64,000 nt of DNA from NCBI RefSeq assembly GCF_963921235.1, contig NC_086098.1, forward strand, positions 8,122,001-8,186,000, read 5' to 3'. Origin of the DNA: Mobula hypostoma. Its lineage: Eukaryota. A model generated the notes under the pieces. The model saw only the letters and a list, made by a program, of their open reading frames with translations. It was not told the DNA's origin and made no database searches. Shown in pieces: positions 39,101-51,380 of this stretch (positions are counted from its first letter, which is position 1; the number at the start of each line of letters is the position of its first letter). The translations under genes were made by a program, and so were the position numbers.

Positions 39101-40203
39101 TTCCCGATGTTGGGGAGGTCTAGAACGAGGGGTCACAGTTTGAGGATAGAGGGGAAGCCTTTTAGGACCGAGGTTAGGAAAAACTTCTTCACACAGAGAG
39201 TGGTGAATCTGTGGAATTCTCTGCCACAGCAAACTGTTGAGGCCAGTTCATTAGCTATGTTTAAAAGGAAGTTAGATATGGCCCTTGTGGCTACAGGGGT
39301 CAGGGGGTATGGAGGGAAGGCTGGGTTCTGAGTTGGATGATCAGCCATGATCATAATAAATGGCGGTGCAGGCTCGAAGGGCCGAATGGCCTACTCCTGC
39401 ACCTATTTTCTATGTTTCTATGTTTCTATCAGACTTGTAATCTCCTCAAAGAATTCCAACAGGTTCGTCAGGCAGGCTTTTCCCTGAAGGAAGCTATGCT
39501 GACTTTGTATTATCTTGTCCTGTGTCACCAAGTTCTCCATCACCTCATCCTTAATAATTGACTCTAACATCTTCCCAACCACTAAGTTCAGGCTAACTGG
39601 TCTATAATTTCCTTTCTGCTGCCTTCCTCCTTTCTTTAAGAGTGGGGTGACATTTGCAATTTTCCATTCCTCTGGCACCATGTCAGAGTCCAATGATTTT
39701 TGAAAGAACATTTCTAAAGCCACCGCAATTTCTAATGCTACCTCTTTCAGAACCCAAGGGTGCAGTTCATCTGGTCCAGGTGACTTATGTACTTTTAGGT
39801 CTTTGAGCTTTTTGATCACCTTCTCTCTTATAATAATAACAGCACCCTTCCTTCACACACTACAACATCAGGCATACTGCTAGTGTCTTCCACAGTGAAG
39901 ACTGATGCAAAGTACATCAGCCATCTCCTTGTCCCCCATTATTATTTCTCCTGCCTCATTTTCTAGTGGTCCTATGTCCACTCTCATTTCTCTGTTACTT
40001 CTAGCATACTTGAAAAAACTTTTACGGCCAGCAATATCCTTTTACCCTTGCAAATTCTTAACTCAACCCACAGTTGGCTGCAACTAAGTCCCGTCACCTG
40101 CCTGTCCTTCCTGACAGTCTGACTGCATGCTATCTTTACTTTTTTAACCATCTGTCCTATCCCGAGTCTCTTCACTCCTCTTCCCATCCCCCTGCCAAAT
40201 TAG
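36150..40203 (-). mobile_element. CR1 host element split by the young CR1 at 37356-39429
   Basis: Reverse ORFs 36535-36852, 36992-37201 and 39418-39819; host is continuous across the insertion (CATCCCTTTTAT|CTATCAGACTTG). Confidence 0.9.
37356..39429 (+). mobile_element. Very young 5'-truncated CR1 with an uninterrupted ORF2 RT portion
   Basis: 657 open codons with QGSVLGP and KFADD; (TTTCTATG)n tail; the first 22 aa of ORF 37292-39331 come from host DNA. Confidence 0.97.
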
Positions 40204-40213
40204 GGAATGAGAG

Positions 40214-40870
40214 GCAGGAGATCATTTCCCTCAACACCTTCACTCTGTCCGCCAGAGAAAGCAGGATCTCCCAGTGGCCACACATTTCAATTCCACGTCC
40301 CATTCCCGTTCTGACATGTCTATCCACGGCCTCCTCTACTGTAAAGATGAAGCCACACAGGTTGGAGGAACAACACCTTATATTCCGTCTGGGTAGCCTC
40401 CAACCAGATGACATGAACATTGACTTCTCTAACTTCTGCTAATGCCCCACCTCCCCCTCATACCCCATCTGTTATGTATTTATATACACATTCTTTCTTT
40501 CTCTCTCCTTTTTCTCCCTCTGTCCCTCTGACTATACCCCTTGCCCATCCTCTGGGTTCCCCCCCCCCTTTTCCTTCTCCCTGGGCCTCCTGTCCCATGA
40601 TCCTCTAGTATCCCTTTTGCCAATCACCTGTCCAGCTCTTGGCTCCATCCCTCCCCCTCCTGTCTTCTCCTATCATTTTGGATCTCCCCCTCCTCCTCCC
40701 ACTTTCAAATCTCTTATTAGCTCTTCTTTCAGTTAGTCCTGATGAAGGGTGTCGGCCCGAAACGTCGACTGTACCTCTTCCTAGAGATGCTGCCTGGCCT
40801 GCTGCGTTCACCAGCAACTTTGATGTGTGTTGCTTGAATTTCCAGCATCTGCAGAATTCCTTGTGTTCGC
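40214..40870 (+). mobile_element. Penelope-like element 3' portion: GIY-YIG C-terminal remnant, pyrimidine-rich UTR, hammerhead-containing terminal repeat
   Basis: PVATHFNSTSH, then RLEEQHLIFRLGSLQPDDMNIDF, typical of Penelope-like element C-termini; followed by CTGATGA...GAAAC. Confidence 0.88.
40734..40771 (+). ncRNA. Minimal type I hammerhead ribozyme motif
   Basis: TAGTC-CTGATGA-A-GGGT-gtcg-GCCC-GAAA-C-GTC-GACTG: stem I TAGTC/GACTG, intact core, stem II 4 bp, palindromic ACGT in place of stem III, GUC cleavage triplet ending at 40766. Confidence 0.8.
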
Positions 40871-41334
40871 AGCACCTATTGCAGTAGCTTATGCATAAAC
40901 CCAGAATTCAATGAATTATCTGCACTGAATACATTTGTCTGACCTTTACCCATCTAAATCCTGCAAAATGCTTTCATACACCTTGTTGTTTTCACATTGT
41001 ACACTTAAATATTTTATTTGTTCATTTCTTCATTTTTTATATTTGTTTAGGCTTTATAGACCAGATTCTGCCAAAAGAAAAATAATACAAGAAAAAATAA
41101 ATACCACAGTAAGTTAGGGATATTTTAATGATGAAAATCTGCAAGGCAGAAGACAAGTCCATCTGTGATCATTATCGAGGATTTTCCCTGTGATCAGCCT
41201 GAGGGACTGTCATTGCCAAAGTCCGCCTTGGCTACTTCAACTAACAGTACATTGAACTATCTTATCTCAGCTCATCTGTTCCTTCAGGTTTTATTCTTTA
41301 TTAGTTCATCTCTTCTTTTGCAGCTTCAACCAGT

Positions 41335-41440
41335 CTATATCAGACCTGATAAAAGGTCTCAGCCTGAAATGTCAGCTATTTATTCCGCTCCGTAGATGCA
41401 GCCTGTCCTGCTGAGATCCTTCAGTATTTTGTGTGTGTGT
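41335..41440 (+). mobile_element. Decayed Penelope terminal repeat with degenerate hammerhead
   Basis: CTGATAAAAGGTCTCAGCCTGAAATGTC...AGATGCAGCCTG. Confidence 0.7.
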
Positions 41441-41719
41441 TATACAATAGGAGATTTTGTCTCCCTTTTTATTGTCCTCATTTTCAGCCTTTTTCTTTTC
41501 TTCTTTGGATGACATGATCGAGCTCTTGTTGAAATTGCCTTGTCTTGATATTTGAAATCAATATTGATCCGAGTTGCCATGTATTGGCCCCTTGGCAGCA
41601 CTCTCAAAGAAATCACACAGAAGTGAAGACGGATACCTCTCTTCACATCAAGAGCTTGTGTGACCCTGAGTTGATGGCAGTAATTCTTTGTATTGCTATT
41701 CATGTACAATACAGCATCT

Positions 41720-41888
41720 TAGAAACATAGAAACATAGAAAATAGGTGCAGGAGTAGGCCATTCGGCCCTTCGAGCCTGCACCGCCATTTATTATGATCA
41801 TGGCTGATCATCCAACTCAGAACCCTGCCCCAGCCTTCCCTCCATACCCCCGACCCCCGTAGCCACAAGGGCCATATCTAACTCCCTC
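41720..41888 (-). mobile_element. Short 3' fragment of the young CR1 family
   Basis: Near identical to 52038-52200. Confidence 0.92.
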
Positions 41889-42360
41889 TCTTCTATTACT
41901 ATTTAAACCCACTTGTGCAAAAGTTGTGTGGGAACTTTTAACAGTTTGAAAAAAATTTAACTTATTCTGCAATGAGAATTTTGTCATCTGCAAAGTAGAA
42001 AATAAACTAGTTTATTATTTGACATTATTCCGGATACCTTGTTACACGGTGAGTCAAATTATTAGTTCTGGATTATTCATATCTAATAGACCTAAAGCAA
42101 TAAAACACTTCTCACAATAAATTCTTTTGTTTCTATGTGTGGCCTGCAGTCAATGAATGATGCGACACTGGATTGAACTGAAATGAGCTGCAATGAATAT
42201 TTCTGAACTGTTTTGATGACTTATGGTTTGATGTTTTTCACTCAATTTTTGTGCCATTTGTTCTTTGGGCGTTGGGGATTTGATGTTTTTCTTTGAACAA
42301 GCTATGCTGGTTTTCTTTGCTCCGTGGCTGTCTGTGGGAGCACAAATCTCAGGTAGTGCA

Positions 42361-42835
42361 TGTTAGGGTGTATTCTTGTGTTAGGGTATATAGCAAATAG
42401 TAATTTCAACAGAAACCAGTTTGCAGATCTGAATGTGGATGATAAATTGAATTTAAATGCAGGTCTGAACGATAGTCTTCCTGCAGCTGCAGACTAGGGT
42501 TGATTGCAAACCAGGAGACACACATTCACTTAATGTCTGCATATGCATGAATTCAGAGAAAGAGGAAATGTTGATTAACATTCATTTTGGGTGTCTGGTT
42601 TTGGGTGTGAAGAAGGAGGTATGAAAATTATATGTAATTCAAAGGAGGCATTGTAGACACATTGCAACTATAGAATTGTCCTGCTGTTACCTTTGATCCT
42701 TAGCATATAAAATCTCATGTAATATTGGGTCAAACAGGCCTCTTCTTCCAAAACTGTCTGCAGTATGCTCTTTTGCTAAATAAACACTTCTATATCTCCA
42801 GAGTCTCTCCAGTGACTTTGTTCATAGTCACAACA
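42361..42835 (+). mobile_element. Probable solo LTR inserted into a Rex-tail repeat
   Basis: TGTT...AACA termini, TATAAAA near 42706, AATAAA near 42779; host tail resumes afterwards; flanks GTGCA/GTATA (degenerate TSD). Confidence 0.55.
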
Positions 42836-43219
42836 GTATACTGCACATATACTTTGAGAATAAACATACTCTGAATCTTTGAATTTGAATCTTTTTTTAA
42901 TGTGCCTTGACTCAATGGGTTGGTAAAAAATTGTTAGAAAGCTTTGAATGAGAGGAAGAATTGGGATTGTTGGTGTCAGATCCAGGATTCTTCACTGAGG
43001 CTGTTGTGAGGTGAGATACACTGTAGGAGTTTTATATCTAATTATATCTTGTATAGTCTGAGAATGCTTCATTCTACCACAGACTGAAGTGTAGGAAGTT
43101 ACTCTGTCCAAAGTTGCTGAAGTATCTCACTTTAATATATATACAGCAAAAGATCAAGAAGGGAACTAATAAAATTAAAATTATTCTTGACAGTTGTTAA
43201 AAGAGACAAAAATTGGATT

Positions 43220-43795
43220 TGGCTTTATTTGTCACACTAACACCAAAAATTGAAACATAGTGAAATGCTAATCACAAGAGGTTCTGCAGACGCTGGAAAT
43301 CCAGAATAACTCACACAAAATACTGGATGAACTCCACGGGTCAGGCAGTATCTATGGAGTGGAACAAACAGTTGATGTTTTGGCCAAAATCTTTCATCAG
43401 TCCCATTGAAGTGTATTGACCCAAAACATCAACTGCTTATTCCTTTCCATAGATGCTGCCTGACCCGTTGAGTTCCTCTGTCATTTTGTGCGTATTACTA
43501 TAGTGAAATGTGTCATTTTTGCTTCAATGACCAACACGGTCTGGGGATTGTGCTGTGGGCAGCTCGCAGGCGTGGCCACACTTACAGTGCCAACCCAGCA
43601 TGTTTCCATTTCACTAACTCTATCACTAACTCGAGCTGTACATCTAGGGAATGTGGAAGGAAACTGGGACACACAAAGGACTCCCACACAGTCACAGAGA
43701 GAACGTACAAGTAAGTCCCTTATAGACAGTGGCAGGAGTCAAACCCCAATCTGTTATGGATGCGATTGCCAAAAGCCAAAACACTACCACGCCGT
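43220..43795 (-). mobile_element. V-SINE-like element with Rex-type tail, split by a Penelope fold-back
   Basis: GCTTTATTTGTCAC tail; V-like block at 43650-43730. Confidence 0.65.
43268..43499. mobile_element. Penelope-derived fold-back element with 11-bp TSD
   Basis: Inverted arms around 43390; ATAGTGAAATG at 43257-43267 and 43500-43510. Confidence 0.8.
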
Positions 43796-44109
43796 GAATG
43801 TCTCTATGTGGGCTCTTCATGTCATTTCATATGTTAACATTGATTTACTTAATAGAATATAGATGTAGAAGCTGATGGTTCAAAATCAAGGCTTAACACA
43901 TCATAAGCATAATTCTCCATGTAGTGAATTCAGCATTATCTTTGAAAGTTGGTGCAATAACTTTCTAAATTCTAACCAATGGATTTGCCCTTTTACCCGA
44001 AAATGAACATAGATCTTCAAACAACTATTCAAGTATTCAACAGCAGATTGGAGATGAGATCACTTTTCTAACTTACATAAAGATGTCATCTTTCAGTAAA
44101 ATGAAAATT

Positions 44110-44745
44110 CATGCCACTGTCTGTAAGAAGTTTGTACATTCTCCCCCTGACCTTTGGGTGGCTGGGTGGAGATATGTCTCAACCAAAGGGAGGTGTAAGG
44201 CACTCCTCCTCACTGCTAGTCTACAGGCAACCCTTGAGCAAGGAGTTGCACCTGCTTAGCCCCCTCCCTGCCCCCACCTGATCATGGTCACGTGAAGCCA
44301 TGGGAGCAGGTGGGGGATGGTGCATATCACAAGTCCTAGTCTGACGCCAGGCAGACAATCTCTGAAGAGTATTGATAATGACTGGGGTCACCCATCTTGT
44401 AAAGGTACTGCCCAGAAAAAGGCAAAGGCAAACCACTTCTGCAGAAAAATTGGCCAAGAACAATCATGGTCATGGAAGATCACCCATGTCATACGACACG
44501 GCACATAACAAATGAACCCCCTGACCATGTGGGTTTCTTTTGTGTCCTCTGGTTTCCTCCCACGTTCCAAGGATATGCGAGTTAGGGTTAGTAAATTGTG
44601 AGCATGGAATGTTGGCCCGGAAACATGGAGACACTTGCAGGCTGCCTCCAACACACCCTCAGACAGCGCTGGACGTTTACACAAATGACGCATGCAACTG
44701 GATGTTTGATGTTTCAATGCACATACGACAAATCAAGCTATTCTT
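44110..44745 (+). mobile_element. V-SINE-like element with Rex-type tail, split by an RTE-type SINE
   Basis: CACTGTCTGTAAGAAGTTTGTACATTCTCCCC...GGTTTCCTCCCACGTTCCAAG. Confidence 0.72.
44153..44516 (+). mobile_element. RTE-type SINE (family copy 3) with 10-bp TSD
   Basis: CCCCCTGACC at 44143-44152 and 44517-44526. Confidence 0.85.
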
Positions 44746-45354
44746 TAAATGTTTAAGTCTTACATCTTTAAATCTTTAAAATGATTTCAAAATGGCACGT
44801 TGTTAACTTTTATTAAGCATCTTGTGCATTTTTTACAGAAATTTATAGCAGAAAAGAATTACATACTGTAGCTTTGGTGAGTTTTTATTTTATCTTTTCA
44901 AAATTAAGACTATGGAATAGATGCCTTGTGCAATAAGTACCTCCTACTCTTTCAATCAATCTCAAAATGACCCTTGCAACTTCTTTGACTGCCTGCACTG
45001 CACTGTCTCTCTCTCTAGCTGTATCCCTGCTCTCAGTAGCCACTTTATTCAGACATCGCTACACCTGCTCCTGAATGCCTGTAATACTGATGTAGTGTTC
45101 ATGGTTCAATGTCCATTCAGAAATCTGATGGCAGAGGGGAAGAAGCTACCCCTGAAACATTGGGTTTGATGTGAATAGGTTTAAAAAAAACACATCCAAT
45201 AAAGTGAAATTGTTATTTGATCATGGCTATTCTTTCTTTATACATCAGGTCATACTCTCTACTCACTGCTGCCATCAGGAAGAAGGTACAAGAGTCTCAG
45301 GACTCACACCACCAGGTTCAAGAGCTGCTGCTACCCCTTAACCATCAGGCTCTT

Positions 45355-46010
45355 AAAAAAAAATTTTTTTTTAATTCAATTTTCAAATATAATTACATAG
45401 TATAATATCTACCCTCCTCCCTCCCCTTAACCCTTCGCCCCGTAACATACCCCTACCTAAAAAAAAAACAGAAAAAGAAAGAAAGACTGCCTGGATATTG
45501 GAAGGTCTCCACATGCTCCATGAGATTCAAAATAAGTTTAATATATGCATTTGTTTCTTTCCCCAGAGGACCAACATCTTTATCGTTGGAGCATCTATAT
45601 ATACAACCCTATCCTTTATAAATAAGGGTGCTAAATACTCAAAAATGTATATTTATTCCTTAAATTATAAGTAATTTTTTCAAGTGGAATACAGCTAAAG
45701 ATTTCATTATTCCAACGATCCATACTTAAATACGAATCCGATTTCCAAGTAACTGCAATAGCCCTTTTGGCTACTGCCAAAGCAATTCTTATAAATTCTT
45801 TCTGATATTTATTCAATTTAAGTTTTGGTTTTATCCCTTCAATGTCACCTAATAAAAATAATATTGGGTTATGTGGAAGTTGTGTTCCAATAAAACTCTT
45901 AAATTTATCCAAAAAGGTTGAATTTTGAAACAAGACCAAGCAGAACATAAGAAAGTACCAATTTCTTGATTACACCGAAAACATTGATCAGATAAATTCG
46001 GATTTAATCT
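45355..46010 (-). mobile_element. 5'-truncated L1-clade LINE with 13-bp TSD, inside a Rex 3' UTR
   Basis: ORF2 C-terminus CFRCNQEIGT, ALAVAKRAIAVTWKS, PLEKITY; poly(A); CCATCAGGCTCTT at 45342-45354 and 46011-46023. Confidence 0.9.
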
Positions 46011-46244
46011 CCATCAGGCTCTTGAATCAAAGGGGATAACTTCATTCAACTTCACTTGCCTCATCATTGAAATGTTCCCACAACCAATGATCTCGCTTTC
46101 AGAGACTCTTTATTTCATGTTCTTGTTAATTATTGCTGTTTATTTATATTTACATTTGCACAGTTCATTGCCTTTTGCACTCCAGCTGATCTTTCACTGA
46201 TCCTGCTATAGCAACTATTCTATAGATTTGCTGAGTAAGCCCAC

Positions 46245-48625
46245 AAAGGCTCTGGAAACCTGTGCCAACCAACTAGCAGGGGTGTTCAGAGACATTTTTG
46301 ATCTCTTATTGCTACCTGTCAAAAGTTCTCACCTGCTTCAGAACGGCAACAATTATACCAGTGCCCAAGAAGAGCAGTGTGTGTTGACTTAATGACTATC
46401 GACCAGCAGAACTCACATCTATGGCGATGAAGTGCTTTGAGAGTTTGGTTATAAGACCATAAGACCATAAGACAAAGGAGCAGAAGTAGGCCATTTGGCC
46501 CATCGAGTCTGCTCCGTCATTTTATCATGAGCTGATCCATTTTATCCTATTTAGTCCCACTGCCCCGCCTTCTCTCCATAACTTTTGATGCCCTGGCTAC
46601 TCAGATACCTATCAACCTCTGCCTTAAATACACCCAATGACTTGGCCTCCACTGCTGCCCGTGGCAACAAATTCCATAGATTCACCACCCTCTGACTAAA
46701 AAAATTTCTTCGCATTTCTGTTCTGAAAGGGCGCCCTTCAATCCTGAAGTCATGCCCTCTCGTACTAGACTCCCCCATCATGGGAAACAACTTTGCCACA
46801 TCCACTCTGTCCATGCCTTTTAACATTCGAAATGTTTCTATGAGGTCTCCCCTCATTCTTCTAAACTCCAAGGAATACAATCCAAGAGTGGACAAACGTT
46901 CCTCATATGTTAACCCTCTCATTCCCGGAATCATTCTAGTGAATCTTCTCTGTACCCTCTCCAACGTCAGCACATCCTTTCTTAAATAAGGAGGCCAAAA
47001 CTGCCCACAGTACTCCAAGTGAGGTCTCACCAGTGCCTTATAGATCCTCAACATCACATCCCTGCTCCTATACTCTATTCCTCTAGAAATGAATGCCAAC
47101 ATTGCATTCGCCTTCTTCACTACTGACTCAACCTGGAGGTTAACTTTAAGGGAATCCTGTACGAGGACTCCCAAGTCCCGTTGCATCTCAGAACTTTGAA
47201 TTCTTTCCCTATTTAAATAATAGTCTGCCCATTTATTTTTTCTGCCAAAGTGCATAACCATACACTTTCCAACATTGTACTTCATTTGCCACTTCTCTGC
47301 CCATTCTTCCAATCTATCCAAGCCTCTCTGCAGACTGTCCGTTTCCTCAGCACTGCCAGCCCCTCCACCTATCTTCGTATCGTCAGCAAACTTAGCCACA
47401 AAGTTATCTATTCCATAATGGCTAGATTTAACTCCTATCTCAGCAAGAACCTGGACCCACTGCAATTTGCCTTAAGCGAATGCGATCTCATTGGCTCTTC
47501 ACAAGGCCTTGGGTCATCTGGACGATACAAATGCCTACGTATATCAGGCTGCTGTTTATTGACTACAGCTCAGCGTTTAACACAGTCATTTATACAGTTC
47601 TGATCAAAAAGCTCCAGTACTTGGGCCTCTATACCTCCCTCTGCTACTGGATCCTCGACTTCCTAACTGGAAGGACATAATCTTTATGGAAAGGAAATAA
47701 CATCTCCACCTCACTAACAATCAATACTGGCACACCTTAGGGTCTGTGCTTAACCCACTGCTCTACCTTCTACAGCCATGACTGTGTGGCTAGGCATAGC
47801 TCAAATGCCATCTACAAATTTGCTGATACAACTATTGTTGGCAGAATTCCAGATGGTGTCGAGAGGGCGTACAGGAGCGAGATAGATCAGCTAGTGGAGT
47901 GGTGTCGCAGCAACAACCTTGAACTCAAAGGCAGTAAGACGAAAGAGCTGACTGTGGACTTCAGAAAGGGTAAGATGAGGGTATACACACCAATCCTCAT
48001 AGAGGGATCAGAAGAGGAAAAAGTGAGCAATTTCAAGTTCCTGGGTGTCAAGATCTCTGAGGATCTAACCTGGTCCCAACATATCAATGCAGCTATAAAG
48101 TAGGCAAGACACTGCCTATAATTCATTTGGTGTTTGAGGAGATTTGGTATGTCAGCAAAAACACTGAGACATTTCTACAGATATACCATGGAGAGCATTC
48201 TGACTGGCTGCATCACTGTCTGGTATACTGGGGCTATGGCATAGGACTGAAATAAGCTGCAAAGAGTTGTAAACTTTGTCATCTCTATCATGGGCACTAC
48301 CCTCCATAGTATCCAAGACATCTTCAAGGAGCAATGCTTCAAAAAGGCAGCATCCGTCACCCAGGTCATGCTTTGTTGTCATTGCTACCATCAGGGAGGA
48401 GGTACAGAAGTCTGAAGGCGCACACTCAATGGTTCAGGAACAGCTTCCATCCCTCTGCCATCAGATTTCTGAATGGACATTGAACCCATGAACACTACCT
48501 CATACTTTATTAATTTCTATTTAGTGTAATTCACAATTTTTCGATTATTCTGTATTGCATTATACAGTTGCCACAAAGTCAACGAATTTCCCGACGTGCC
48601 GGTGATATTAAACTGATTCTGGTTC
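46245..48625 (+). mobile_element. Decayed Rex1 LINE (RT), split by CR1 46451-47415
   Basis: [39 protein letters not shown]. Confidence 0.88.
46451..47415 (-). mobile_element. Young 5'-truncated CR1, (TCTTATGG)n tail subfamily
   Basis: Open ORF 46551-47465 from KFADDTK to the C-terminus; (ATAAGACC)n. Confidence 0.95.
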
Positions 48626-49089
48626 ACCCGTTTGATAACAGGTGTAAGTGGAAACCTACTCACCAAGTTAGCAGTTTGAGGAGGTTGGTACGCCACCAAA
48701 GACACTCACAAATGTATACAGATGTACAATGGAAAGCATTCTAACTGGCTGAATTGAATCACCGTCTGTGTGGGGGCAAGGGTGGTACTTGGAACACACA
48801 GGATCAAAATAACCTGCAGAAAGTTGTGAGCTCAGTCAGCTCCATCAGGAACGATAGCCTCCTTAGCATCCAGGAAATCTTCAAGGAGCAATGCCTCAAA
48901 AAGACGACATCTATCATTAAGGATTCCCATCACTTTGAACATGCCCTCTGACATCAGGGAGGAGGCCAGGAGCCTGAAGGCACACGTTCAATGATTCAGG
49001 AATAGCGTCATCCTCCACCAGCAGAACCCTGAACGGACATTGTATCTATGAACACTACCTCACTTTCTTCTCTTCTTGCACTGCTTATT

Positions 49090-49140
49090 TTGTGTGTGCG
49101 TATGTGTGTATATCTATATCTATATCTATCTATCTATCTA

Positions 49141-49172
<32 letters not shown>

Positions 49173-49205
49173 AAACTATCTATCTATATATGTATATACA
49201 CACAC
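49090..49205. repeat. Compound TG/TATC/TC/TA microsatellite
   Basis: Directly visible. Confidence 0.95.
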
Positions 49206-49240
49206 CTCCTACTATAATTTACAGTTTCTATTATTACGTA

Positions 49241-49931
49241 TGTAAGGGGGTTTCGACTTTTATATTACTGCGGAGGCTAATTGAAATGGCGTCTTTGTTA
49301 TGTTAATCTGGGGAATGTGGCTTTGTTGTGTTAAACGCTGAGAAAGTTTGGGCTAGCAGCTTGTTTTTCTTTAGAGTGTGATAAGAGAGCGCTATTAACC
49401 AATTGGGATAGTTGTTATGGTTTTGGTGTATTTGAAGATACTGTATGCGCGGGGTTTTGGAGCAGAAGGTGGGAGAGCGAGACAGAGGATGGACGAGGTG
49501 CTGTGATGTCCGCTAACGGGGTCGGACCCCGAGGAGGGCATTCGGCGAGGAGACGGAGACGGACTCGTGTGGAGCGTCTGGTCGACCACCGTTGTTGGTC
49601 CCAGGCGGCCGGTCGAGGTGGTCTGAGGGGGTCGCAGGGTGAAGAAGGTCCTTGAGCTCCAACGGTTTTGTGCATGAAAAGATTGAACTTTGATAAGTGT
49701 GGTGCCTTTTATTTTCCTTTTATATTTTATTCTCTCTTAATTATATAGTTCCAGTAATATCTATAAACTGTAAATCATTTAATTGTATCTGGTGTATTGT
49801 CTGTTATTTGGGCGGGGTGGGGTGCATCACACAGCATCCACACAAACGAATTACCCAGTTTGGCAGGGCCGAGGCTGTTTCCCTAGACGACAGCGAGCCG
49901 AGCGACCCTGAGGGCGGCCGGGGGGGCTACA
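49241..49931. mobile_element. Solo LTR (691 bp), Gypsy-like, 4-bp TSD CGTA
   Basis: TGTA...TACA termini; CGTA at 49237-49240 and 49932-49935; CpG-rich; host resumes precisely. Confidence 0.88.
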
Positions 49932-51380
49932 CGTATTGCAATGTACTTCTGCTGCATAACAACAAATTTCATGACTTATGCCAGTGATATTAAACCAGAT
50001 TATGATTTTGATTAAAGTGATTCTGATTCTGGTCAGATTCTGGTGCTGACGCTGACTCTTTTTCTAAATCTGATCCGGATTCTGGTTCTGATTCTAATTC
50101 TGATTACCATGAGGATTTAAATAAATGGACTGATAAAAACAAAGATATTCATATCTATTCAATGGCATCTTGGTTTTTAGAAGGGCGATTCAATATTCTC
50201 AATTGCCAATACCAAAATCCTATTATGACTTAATTACAGTGCCAAAATAGCACAGAGAGATTCTTAAAAGGGACTGGTTAATCACTATACTAAAAATAGT
50301 ACACAGAGGAAATTAATCCAGTATAGTAGCAGATGCTGGTTTACCATCTGTCAACAGTAGTTCAAGGTTCCTGAAGTTGCTGTCAGTTGATATTTCTCCA
50401 ATTCTGCCCTTCAGGGAATATAGGAGGCATGTGCTAAAATAATCATGGTTTCAAAATGTACAGAGCACTAATTATTCAGGGCTTTCATAAATTGAAGTCA
50501 AATATCATTTTAAAGTTGTCGTGGTGATAATATATCATTCTTTTAAATGGGGGGTACATCTGGGTTACATCTAGAGCAGAATAAGCTTGGATTTATTTCA
50601 AAAACTAATGAAAACAATTGGGTTCTGAAATGTATAGAGAACACTGGAAGAAGTTGTCAGGACAAACTGCATTGGAGGAGAGAGTAATCGAGTTAAAGTT
50701 TCTGGCCAACGATACTCAGTTCTGCATTTATTTCTATATTTAATGATTTAATGTAGGTAATGACTTTCTATCTCCAATTAGAAAGAATTTCTTTGTGCTG
50801 TAATGCACAATGTACAAATCATAAGACCCTAAGGCCATAATATTGAAGGCGTTGTATTCAAATGCATTATGGTATACAGAATAAGGTAGATGATCTTGTA
50901 ACACAGTTAGAGATTCGTAAATATGGTGTTGTGGGCATCACTGAGTTGTGGCTAAGTGAAGATTACAGCTGGGACTTTAATATCCAAGGATACACATTGT
51001 ATTGAAAGGATAGACAGGTAGGCAGAGCGATTGGTGGGGCTTTGTGGGTAAAATATGAAATCAAATCCTTTGAAAGAGGTGACATAGGACTGGAAAATGC
51101 GGAGTCCTTGTGGGAAGAGTCAAGAAATTGAAAGGGAAAATTACCCTGATGGAAGTTATATTTAGGCCTCTGAACAGTAGCCAGAATGTGGGCTACAACT
51201 TACAATGGGAGTCAGAAAAGGTAGGTAACAGGGTAGGTGTTGCTATAGTCATGGGGGATTCCAATATGCAGGTAGATTGGGAAAATTAGATTAGCCCCAA
51301 GAGAGAGTACTTGCAAGATGCCTACAAGATGCCTTTCCAGAGCAGCTTGTGTTTGAGCTCACTCAGGATTTGGTGTTATT

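Larger units (their letters stand above)
48695..50105 (+). mobile_element. Rex1 3' remnant with microsatellite, solo LTR insertion and degenerate (TCTGAT)n tail
   Basis: LQKVVSSVSSI..SIQEIFKEQCLKK; 3' UTR resumes after 49935. Confidence 0.75.

Noticed and set aside
37292..39331. 679-aa ORF as a host gene or complete LINE ORF2
   Set aside because: 5'-truncated CR1 lacking the endonuclease; the start codon lies in antisense host CR1. The same applies to 52135-54318.
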